44,158 nt of DNA. Origin: a virus. A program made the translations under genes and the position numbers. Positions 14,742 through 21,081 of this stretch are shown piece by piece. The notes under the pieces are model-generated. The model did not search any database, had not been told where the DNA came from, and saw only the letters and a list, made by a program, of their open reading frames with translations. Each line of letters starts with the position of its first letter. Position 1 is the stretch's first letter. Location: positions 1 to 44,158 of IMG/VR virus record IMGVR_UViG_3300031998_000219, one strand, 5' to 3'.

Positions 14742-14876
14742 ATGCCCGTACACAAAACAAATAGTGGTTACAAATTCGGGGAATCCGGCAAAACCTATCC
14801 CACCCGTGCGCAAGCGGAACAACAGGCCCGCGCAATTTACGCATCCGGATACAGGGAAAAAGACAAACGCAAATGA
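14742..14876 (+). CDS. Small basic protein, 44 aa, the only plus-strand gene candidate
   Basis: MPVHKTNSGYKFGESGKTYPTRAQAEQQARAIYASGYREKDKRK has ATTATG start context, sits in an otherwise non-coding gap, and is followed by a plus-oriented intrinsic terminator. Confidence 0.5.
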   Translation: MPVHKTNSGYKFGESGKTYPTRAQAEQQARAIYASGYREKDKRK

Positions 14877-14966
14877 AATAGGGGAAATTTACCACTAATT
14901 ACCGCTAATTTCCTATATTTGCATCGTCTTTTTACCATCATATCGCCTGTATCGGTATTTTGACGG

Positions 14967-14997
14967 CCGCCCCGGATTCGTTCGGGGCGGTTTTATT
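14967..14997 (+). terminator. Plus-strand intrinsic terminator (CCGCCCCG-8 nt-CGGGGCGG followed by TTTTATT)
   Basis: 8-bp GC stem with the T-tract only on the plus strand. It lies just after the stop of the minus-strand gene 14993-15523. Confidence 0.6.
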
Positions 14998-15523
14998 CAT
15001 TCATTTGGCGAATCGCGGCCGCCCGTATCGAATCGTGTTTTAACCAATAATCGTATTGGTACAAATTCCCGTAATGGCCCGTTTCCAACAGGTAACGGCG
15101 CAACGTATCCGGTTCCAACTCAATCAACGATGCGTACAATTCTTTGCGCACGTCCAAATGGCACGCACGTTCAAACGTGGGGTCAATATAGCGGTCCCCG
15201 TATTTAACGAATGCGTGTTCGATTGGGAACATACAATATGCGTAACCCTCAATGTATCGCACCGATTCCGGGAACAACCAATCGGCCCGTTCCATCAAAA
15301 ACACCAATTCGGCCGCGTTCCTGTAACATTGCTTTTGTTGGGCGTGGTAAAACCCTTTGATGAATTCAAGTTGTTTCGCCGTCAGAACGTCACGCATACG
15401 TTCGCATTGGACCGGGCGGCAATCCTTTACAATTTGTTCGAAATACGATTGTTGTTCCCGGCCCCATTTTAATTGCGTCATTCCCTTTAATTGTTCGATG
15501 ATGGGGTTTTCCTGTTCGTTCAT
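14993..15523 (-). CDS. Hypothetical protein, 176 aa
   Basis: Intact ORF with start context AGGATATG. No motif recognised. Confidence 0.6.
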   Translation of the reverse strand: MNEQENPIIEQLKGMTQLKWGREQQSYFEQIVKDCRPVQCERMRDVLTAKQLEFIKGFYHAQQKQCYRNAAELVFLMERADWLFPESVRYIEGYAYCMFPIEHAFVKYGDRYIDPTFERACHLDVRKELYASLIELEPDTLRRYLLETGHYGNLYQYDYWLKHDSIRAAAIRQMNE

Positions 15524-15726
15524 ATCCTGTTGGTTCGGTTAGAATAATCCCTTATTGTATCTTCGCTGATACCCAAATCGAAAGTCCTGTTAATACGGCG
15601 CAACAATTCCAATTTGGGTTCTATTTCATCGGTTGAATACAACCCCATATTCCACGCGGGTAAATCGTTCAGTTGGAAAACCTGTTCCCGGACGAATTGT
15701 TTTAATGATTCCTTTGTTACTTCCAT
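15520..15726 (-). CDS. Hypothetical protein, 68 aa
   Basis: Start moved to MEVTKESLK (AAAGCGATATG context), downstream of the hairpin at 15743-15760. Confidence 0.5.
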   Translation of the reverse strand: MEVTKESLKQFVREQVFQLNDLPAWNMGLYSTDEIEPKLELLRRINRTFDLGISEDTIRDYSNRTNRI

Positions 15727-15742
15727 ATCGCTTTTGTGTTGT

Positions 15743-15760
15743 GGCCGGGTTGCCCCGGCC
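15743..15760 (-). terminator. GC hairpin GGCCGGG-GCAA-CCCGGCC (GNRA loop) between two genes
   Basis: 7-bp perfect stem, 7 nt after the stop at 15767 and 16 nt before the ATG at 15726. No U-tract. Confidence 0.45.
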
Positions 15761-15766
15761 GGGTTA

Positions 15767-15982
15767 TTATCTGATAAAGTCCATTTGTCCCAATAATGTG
15801 TATGATACCGCGTAATCATCAACGTTTACACCGAAACGCGGAATGTTCAAGTTAATACAGGTGGGAGCCAAAAAGAATTGTTTATTATCCGGCGTGCGCC
15901 ATGATGTAAACATTGCACCATTCAACGATTTAGTTGCCATCTTTTCAAATGTGCCAATGGCTTCGCGTGTTGCCTTTTTCAT
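15767..15982 (-). CDS. Hypothetical protein, 71 aa
   Basis: Intact ORF with start context ACAGATATG. Confidence 0.5.
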   Translation of the reverse strand: MKKATREAIGTFEKMATKSLNGAMFTSWRTPDNKQFFLAPTCINLNIPRFGVNVDDYAVSYTLLGQMDFIR

Positions 15983-16018
15983 ATCTGTATGGTTTATAGG
16001 TTTGACAATAAGATTAAA

Positions 16019-16258
16019 TCAATGGCAGTAGAACGAAATTATAATGCCGCGGCGAAGCCGACAAACGCATTTGTCAAGCGGGCAATCAAAAGCGCGGTCC
16101 AACAAACGGTTTGTTAATTCAATGTCAGCAACCAAACGGAGCAGTCCGGAAACACCCACCAATGTATTGATTTTCTTACCCTCATAAAGTCCCGAAACCT
16201 TAATTTTGAATTCGCGGTTGATTTGGCGGGTTGTGTAATTTAACGTTGTCATTTTCAT
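16019..16258 (-). CDS. Hypothetical protein, 79 aa
   Basis: Start moved to MKMTTLNYTTRQ. The upstream part of the track ORF is cassette D. Confidence 0.5.
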   Translation of the reverse strand: MKMTTLNYTTRQINREFKIKVSGLYEGKKINTLVGVSGLLRLVADIELTNRLLDRAFDCPLDKCVCRLRRGIIISFYCH

Positions 16259-16351
16259 TCCTGTTTGTGTTTGCGGAACCGGCCGCATCCGTCGTGGTTT
16301 CATCATCAACCACATTGCAAATATCGGTATTATTTTTTATTGCGCAATAGT
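16259..16351 (-). promoter_or_regulatory. Promoter-leader cassette D
   Basis: Minus strand reads AAACTATTGC (16344-16351), spacer, then GATATTTG (16325-16318). This is followed by hairpin GTGGTT/AACCAC (16295-16314), hairpin UGCGG/CCGCA with loop CCGGTT (16272-16287), a spacer and the ATG. Confidence 0.6.
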
Positions 16352-16406
16352 TTTTACTTATTTTTTTGCGGAAAAATGAAAATTTCTTTTGAATCGGCTT
16401 TTTGTG

Positions 16407-16487
16407 TACCTTTGGGGCGATACATACATAGATAATCACTCATTATAGAACGGGGCCGGATGCGAATTCGCCCCCGTTTTGTTTGTT
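16407..16487 (+). ncRNA. Candidate ~65-nt plus-strand small RNA (-7 box TACCTTTG to intrinsic terminator)
   Basis: TACCTTTG at 16407-16414 occupies the position homologous to the plus-strand box at 14707. It is followed by no ORF, then hairpin AACGGGG...CCCCGTT (16449-16478) and TTTTGTTTGTT. Confidence 0.3.
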
Positions 16488-16706
16488 CATGCGCGTACCA
16501 TTATAACATCCGGCCAAACTTTCCGTTATTTTGGGCGAATTTGGCGCACAATCGCATATCTTTTCCATTATGGTAACTTGTACGTCTGAAAATTTGGGGC
16601 CGTTAGAACGCAAAGAAATGGCCTTAAACGCAAACCGCATCAACCATCGCGGCCAATGCGGTTCAGATTGTTTGTCTATTTGATATTATAAAAAGGATAC
16701 CAATTG

Positions 16707-16714
16707 CAAATATA
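16707..16714 (-). promoter_or_regulatory. -7 box TATATTTG (P2 of the early control region)
   Basis: Perfect TAnnTTTG immediately after the terminator at 16715-16742. Confidence 0.45.
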
Positions 16715-16742
16715 AAGAAAAACCCACGTTTCGCAACGCGGG
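16715..16742 (-). terminator. Minus-strand intrinsic terminator (CCCGCGTT-GCGA-AACGTGGG plus UUUUUCUUU)
   Basis: 8-bp stem (one G-U pair) with a GNRA loop and a U-tract on the minus strand. Confidence 0.6.
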
Positions 16743-16789
16743 CCGTTCCCAATTACTAACCTTAATTACTAAACCTTATATGTGTATCG

Positions 16790-16797
16790 CAAATATA
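16790..16797 (-). promoter_or_regulatory. -7 box TATATTTG (P1), directly after the stop of the last late gene
   Basis: Perfect TAnnTTTG 1 nt downstream of the stop at 16799-16801. About 45 nt further on lies the terminator at 16715-16742. Confidence 0.4.
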
Positions 16798-16798
16798 G

Positions 16799-17404
16799 TC
16801 ATTTTTCAATAACCACGGATTCTACATTTGTTATGGTTGTATATGGGTTTAAGGAAACCACATCGGTTTGCCTGTCTTTTATTTTCTTTGTCTTAAACCA
16901 AAGGAACTTTTTGTAACGGACAGATTCAACAACTTTCAATGATTCCCGGTTGGCCAACGTCCCGGTAAATTCCGTTTCGGTCAACAATCCTTTGAACGTG
17001 TACCATTCATCGCCGCAAGAAACGGCCACGGCCGGAACCTTTATTGAATCCCGGATAACAACGGTATCTTTCGGGATGGAACGCAACGCGATTATCGTTT
17101 GCGCCTGTGCGCTATTGATAGCCGACAAATCCCGGTTCTTTGCTTTCAATTCCTTTATCAACGCCGCATCATCGGCCCGGAACCGTTCAAACTCTTTCAT
17201 TGTCAGTTCAAGCGATTGCACCCGGGCCGCACTCAATGAATCGCGCACGCGGTATGTCTTGACATCTGATAACAACGTTTCCGTGTTACCCTTGTATCGG
17301 TCCCGTTCATCGGTCAACCTCTCAATCTTGCGGTCCTGTCTGTATATCTGAACCGCCATCAGCGTTACCAACGCTATTATCGCAATCGTTATGTACTTTT
17401 TCAT
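16799..17404 (-). CDS. N-terminally anchored coiled-coil membrane protein, 201 aa (spanin-like by architecture)
   Basis: MKKYITIAIIALVTLMAVQIY is a transmembrane anchor, followed by a charged coiled-coil region. The gene sits at the end of the lysis region. Confidence 0.45.
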   Translation of the reverse strand: MKKYITIAIIALVTLMAVQIYRQDRKIERLTDERDRYKGNTETLLSDVKTYRVRDSLSAARVQSLELTMKEFERFRADDAALIKELKAKNRDLSAINSAQAQTIIALRSIPKDTVVIRDSIKVPAVAVSCGDEWYTFKGLLTETEFTGTLANRESLKVVESVRYKKFLWFKTKKIKDRQTDVVSLNPYTTITNVESVVIEK

Positions 17405-17519
17405 CGTTCTTTACCCATTGTTTCCAACATTCTTCAAATCCTTTTTGACGGCCGCCCGTATATGCTATATAACAGGATGCGGCCAAAATCAATATGTATG
17501 CAACCATTGTTTCAATCAT
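17322..17519 (-). CDS. Possible small one-TM protein, 65 aa, overlapping the next gene by 83 nt
   Basis: MIETMVAYILILAASCYIAYTGG forms a transmembrane segment. The start was moved past the terminator hairpin. The C-terminal third is an out-of-frame overlap with 16799-17404. Confidence 0.35.
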   Translation of the reverse strand: MIETMVAYILILAASCYIAYTGGRQKGFEECWKQWVKNDEKVHNDCDNSVGNADGGSDIQTGPQD

Positions 17520-17546
17520 TAAAAAAGAACGGGGCATTGCGCCCCG
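17519..17546 (-). terminator. Minus-strand intrinsic terminator (ACGGGGC-5 nt-GCCCCGT plus UUCUUUUUU)
   Basis: 7-bp GC stem followed by a U-tract on the minus strand, 22 nt after the stop at 17568. Confidence 0.6.
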
Positions 17547-17567
17547 TGTCTGTTCGTGGGTTCCGGT

Positions 17568-17930
17568 TTACGCCTTTTCCCATTTGTCGGTTGAATTGTA
17601 CGCCCAACCATCGGCCGTGAAATCGTATGATACGGTTTCGATAACCGATGCATCAACGTATGTAAGGCAAAGGCCCTCGCCGACGCCATCGCCTTTGTAT
17701 GATACTTGGTACAGGTGTTTTTGCTTTCCTGTTACCTTTGCAATCTTATCGCCTACATTCAGCGAATCCAAGATTGCGCCATCAATGGCGGTAATGTCTG
17801 TGACCTCAACGGCAATTGCACCGTTTACCAATGCGTTCAAAATTTCTGATAACGCACCGCCGCAATCAACTTGGTTGCCCTGTCCGGCAATCTTTTCGGC
17901 AATAGTTGCCAACATTTCTTGTTTTGTCAT
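17568..17930 (-). CDS. Hypothetical protein, 120 aa
   Basis: Intact ORF. No motif recognised. Confidence 0.55.
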   Translation of the reverse strand: MTKQEMLATIAEKIAGQGNQVDCGGALSEILNALVNGAIAVEVTDITAIDGAILDSLNVGDKIAKVTGKQKHLYQVSYKGDGVGEGLCLTYVDASVIETVSYDFTADGWAYNSTDKWEKA

Positions 17931-17990
17931 TTCCTTTGGTTTTTGTTTGTTGTTAAATCGTTTCCAAAACTATCGCTAAACGCCCCACCT

Positions 17991-18356
17991 TTATTTTTCA
18001 TCGTCATTTTCTTTGTTATCTAACGGACAATTATACCCAACCCGTTCACATCGCTTTTTCAATCGTTCATCGTTTGCCGTATCAACCGGGCAAATAATAT
18101 TCGGGTCTTTGAACTTGTGTTTGCAAAAATGGCTTTGCATAATCACGGATGATTTTTCCGCCGAATCCAACTTTTCCCGTTCATAATCCGCGTTGCGTTC
18201 TTGGTAGAACTTTTTTTGTTCCGCTAACAGGTCCCGGAACATATCGTATGGGGTTTTCTTTTTATCCTCTTTGGTTTTAATCCACGACCAAAAACCCGCA
18301 CCGGCAAAAATGGATAACACACCCGTTGCAATCGTAACCCAAATTGATGTTTCCAT
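17991..18356 (-). CDS. One-TM membrane protein with Cys-rich C-terminus, 121 aa (holin candidate by position)
   Basis: IWVTIATGVLSIFAGAGFWSWI is a transmembrane segment followed by a charged region. The gene has its own -7 box upstream and lies near the endolysin. Confidence 0.4.
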   Translation of the reverse strand: METSIWVTIATGVLSIFAGAGFWSWIKTKEDKKKTPYDMFRDLLAEQKKFYQERNADYEREKLDSAEKSSVIMQSHFCKHKFKDPNIICPVDTANDERLKKRCERVGYNCPLDNKENDDEK

Positions 18357-18389
18357 AAACTATTGAGTATTTGTTTTAAGTTGTCTTTG

Positions 18390-18397
18390 CAAAAGTA
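18390..18397 (-). promoter_or_regulatory. -7 box TACTTTTG upstream of the membrane-protein gene
   Basis: Perfect TAnnTTTG 33 nt upstream of the ATG at 18356 and just after the terminator at 18428-18464. Confidence 0.45.
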
Positions 18398-18427
18398 AAA
18401 TATAAATCCGTTATATTATAGTTTTCA

Positions 18428-18464
18428 CGGAAAAATTAAAATAACCCGCCATTGCTGACGGGTT
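18428..18464 (-). terminator. Minus-strand intrinsic terminator (AACCCGTC-6 nt-GGCGGGTT plus AUUUUAAUUUUU)
   Basis: 8-bp stem with one mismatch, followed by a U-rich tract on the minus strand, after the stop at 18506. Confidence 0.5.
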
Positions 18465-18505
18465 GGCCATAACGATTTCAAAGTATGCCAAACGGCCTTG
18501 AAACC

Positions 18506-18766
18506 TTATTGTCCCTTTTCCGGTTCATCATACGGCGTATGGCGTGCGACGTATGGCGAACACATACCATCCGTGGCATTTACAATCGCCGTGAATATTA
18601 CCCGGGCCACGTCTGTTGCCTGTTTGCCGGAAAATCGCATTTCCTTTGATAGTTGCTTTACGACAACATCCGCGTATTTTTCCGCATACACGGCAATTTC
18701 AACCAATCGTTTCTGTTTGGCTTCGCGCTTGCGCTTGCCGAACCAATCTTTAATCTTCTGTATCAT
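18506..18766 (-). CDS. Hypothetical protein, 86 aa
   Basis: Start moved from TTG to the ATG with CGGATATG context. Confidence 0.45.
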   Translation of the reverse strand: MIQKIKDWFGKRKREAKQKRLVEIAVYAEKYADVVVKQLSKEMRFSGKQATDVARVIFTAIVNATDGMCSPYVARHTPYDEPEKGQ

Positions 18767-18777
18767 ATCCGTTTCGG

Positions 18778-19140
18778 TTAATAAGTCCAAATCACATACG
18801 GTTTATGTTGCGGGGAATCGTCAACGTGTATGTACGTTTTGGCAATTCCAATGCGGTTGAATCCCACTTGTTGCAACGCTTCAACAATCTTGTATCGGTT
18901 TTCAACATCATTGCAACGGATGTCAACGGCCCGGCCCAACGTGTGGGATGATGTACCCTTGCGGCCGTGCGCAATTTCATATTCGGGCGTTCTGTATGCG
19001 CTATTCAAGACAAATGGAATGCCCGCAATATCGCGGGCCGTATCCAATCGGTTTATCGTGCTTTGCGCCATATCCTGTAATGAACACGGGGGCGTGCATC
19101 GCTTGAATTCGGATTCTTTGAAATGCTTTGCGGTTATCAT
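18778..19140 (-). CDS. Peptidase M15-family (D-Ala-D-Ala carboxypeptidase-like) endolysin
   Basis: SAYRTPEYEIAHGRKGTSSHTLGRAVDI ... HVDD carries the H-x6-D / H zinc-ligand pattern of Peptidase_M15_3 peptidoglycan hydrolases. The protein is 120 aa. Confidence 0.8.
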   Translation of the reverse strand: MITAKHFKESEFKRCTPPCSLQDMAQSTINRLDTARDIAGIPFVLNSAYRTPEYEIAHGRKGTSSHTLGRAVDIRCNDVENRYKIVEALQQVGFNRIGIAKTYIHVDDSPQHKPYVIWTY

Positions 19141-19150
19141 TTCTTTGTTA

Positions 19151-21070
19151 TTAAGGTTCTACAATCGCGCCTGTTGCCTTTCTGTAACAATTGACAAAAT
19201 GCACGTTTTGATTGTTTGTGATAGAAATCGTAAACGAATCGGAATCATACATACAATTTGCGAATATGATTGCGCCACCACCGGATATTGTTATGTCGCA
19301 ATTATCCGCCCCACAATTGCATCCGTCAAATACAACTCCATCAGAATTAGCCAAATGGATTTGAGAATAATATATTTGGCAACCGCTAAAAATAAAACCG
19401 TTGTGGCAATTCAGAATTTCAATTCCAACACCCGTGTTACTTGCCGTATGATTGAAAACGCATCCGATGCAAGAACCGTGCGAATTATTGGGCGATTGGC
19501 CTTGTGAATTATCCATAACCATCGCTTTGCCGATACAACTTGAAAAATCACAATTGACAAACACATTATTGCCGCCATTGTTAATACAACCATAATAACA
19601 ATAATCTGTGCGAACATTTGTGAATTTGTGGAATTCTGACCAATACGAAATATTAATGCCAACATCGCATCTATCAATGTTGATATTGTTAGCGTTTATG
19701 AAATTAGATGTTCCATAACCGGTATCATAACAGGTAATTGCACCACCTGCAAAATTGTTGATTGTCAAATTAGAAATCATACAGGCCACCGGCGCGGTTC
19801 CGTGTTCCGTATAATCCCCTTGCCATAATATGGCGTGTCTTGTACCGGTTGTGGCCGATGGGGTTATATTTGTAAGGCTTCCAATTAATGTAAAGTCTTT
19901 CAGTTCACACGATGAATTTACCTTTATGGCGAAGCCGTCAGTTACAGACGAATCCAAAATGACACGGGTTGCGGGGCCACTTCCGATGATTGCCGTATTA
20001 GCGGGCATAACAAGATTTTTCACATAGAAATTGCCCGGCCCCAATCGGCATATACCGGTTTGATTCAATAATGTAAGAATATCCGCCGTCCTGTCTGTGG
20101 TGTCATTGGTTGTCGCCAAATATTGGTTGGTATCCGTGTTGATGGTCGGCGTGGCCGTAACGCTTAACGTCTGTTGGTAAGAATTAAAATCATAATTATT
20201 GGTAATATTGACCGCGCCGGTAACTTCTTGCCAATCTTCCCACGAGCTACCAATCAAACCACGGCGTTTGAACAACTTGCCACCCGAAAATGTATAAAAT
20301 TCTTGTATAAGCCAATCTCCCATTACGGCAATAGATACGCGCAAGAAACCAACCGTTTCATCATTGGGCACATTATCGTATGAGTTAGAATCAACAAGTA
20401 ACCATATTCCGTTTTCAACAACATTATCCAAATCGCCGGAAGCCAACACACCTTGCGTATGCGTTGTTTGTGCTTTCAGACTATCATAAAGTTGTTTATT
20501 TATGATTTGCCAATCTTCCCACGAACCACCATTCAATCCACGGCGTTTATAATATCCAGTTCCATTAAAATCGAAGAATTCTTGCAAGAACCAATCGCCC
20601 TCGGCGTCGGGATTCGATACGCGCAAGAAACCAACGGAAGCATTATTTGGCACATTTTGATATGTGTTAGTATCAGCAAGTAACCAAGTTCCATTTTTGG
20701 TTACACTATTTAAATTCCCGGATGGTAATACGCCACGCATCATTGAATAATTAATCAATGATTCTTTTATCCAACTATCACGATAAACGAATACGGCAAT
20801 TTCATCTTCCGAAACCTGTAAATTACCGAAATTTGAATATGCTCCCGGAGTTGCCACTAAATATGCAACTTTTTGGTCTGGCGTACCCGGATTGGTTGAC
20901 GGAATGGCAACACCTTTGAATTGATAACCTACAATAAGGGAATTAATTATTGTCAAAAAATATTGTTTAACGTTCATTCCCTCAATGGCTTTTTCGTTAT
21001 TATCCCACGCGGGCAACCCGTGTTGTGTCGGGTTGTTGATTATATCAAACAATTCATCATAATTGGCCAT
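19151..21070 (-). CDS. Tail fibre/tailspike: two tandem knob-like domains plus C-terminal parallel beta-helix, 639 aa
   Basis: Residues ~113-189 and ~207-281 form a repeat (VLxSGxLxxVxxNGxWLLxDxNxYxNVPNxxxVGFLRVS...DWxxQEF...KRRGLxGxSWEDWQ). The C-terminal half has periodic N/C/G-rich beta-helix-like repeats (NCHNGFIFSGCQIYYSQIHLANSDGVVFDGCNCGADNC). Confidence 0.65.
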   Translation of the reverse strand: MANYDELFDIINNPTQHGLPAWDNNEKAIEGMNVKQYFLTIINSLIVGYQFKGVAIPSTNPGTPDQKVAYLVATPGAYSNFGNLQVSEDEIAVFVYRDSWIKESLINYSMMRGVLPSGNLNSVTKNGTWLLADTNTYQNVPNNASVGFLRVSNPDAEGDWFLQEFFDFNGTGYYKRRGLNGGSWEDWQIINKQLYDSLKAQTTHTQGVLASGDLDNVVENGIWLLVDSNSYDNVPNDETVGFLRVSIAVMGDWLIQEFYTFSGGKLFKRRGLIGSSWEDWQEVTGAVNITNNYDFNSYQQTLSVTATPTINTDTNQYLATTNDTTDRTADILTLLNQTGICRLGPGNFYVKNLVMPANTAIIGSGPATRVILDSSVTDGFAIKVNSSCELKDFTLIGSLTNITPSATTGTRHAILWQGDYTEHGTAPVACMISNLTINNFAGGAITCYDTGYGTSNFINANNINIDRCDVGINISYWSEFHKFTNVRTDYCYYGCINNGGNNVFVNCDFSSCIGKAMVMDNSQGQSPNNSHGSCIGCVFNHTASNTGVGIEILNCHNGFIFSGCQIYYSQIHLANSDGVVFDGCNCGADNCDITISGGGAIIFANCMYDSDSFTISITNNQNVHFVNCYRKATGAIVEP

Positions 21071-21081
21071 AATCGTTTATT

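Noticed and set aside
14837-14941. 34-aa minus-strand ORF with a perfect ATACAGGCGATATG context
   Set aside because: The start context is good, but the peptide (MMVKRRCKYRKLAVISGKFPLFHLRLSFSLYPDA) is not protein-like. It overlaps the plus-strand ORF antisense. It may be a decayed gene start retained as a regulatory target, so it is reported under findings rather than as a feature.
6421-16351. CRISPR-like array, suggested by the repeated ~100-nt units
   Set aside because: Only four copies are present, kilobases apart and imperfect, and each sits directly upstream of a gene with promoter features. There are no short regular spacers.
16200-16643. ORFs 16200-16439 (79 aa) and 16443-16643 (66 aa) in the early control region
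   Set aside because: The first reads straight through cassette D and its -33/-7 boxes. The second overlaps a hairpin/terminator and has no supporting start context. Both were left unannotated, though a short peptide (MEKICDC...) cannot be excluded.
20174-20683. Possible diversity-generating retroelement (template/variable repeat pair) in the tail fibre
   Set aside because: No reverse transcriptase gene exists anywhere in the genome. The two repeats are in frame, in tandem and diverged at all base types, so this is a domain duplication.
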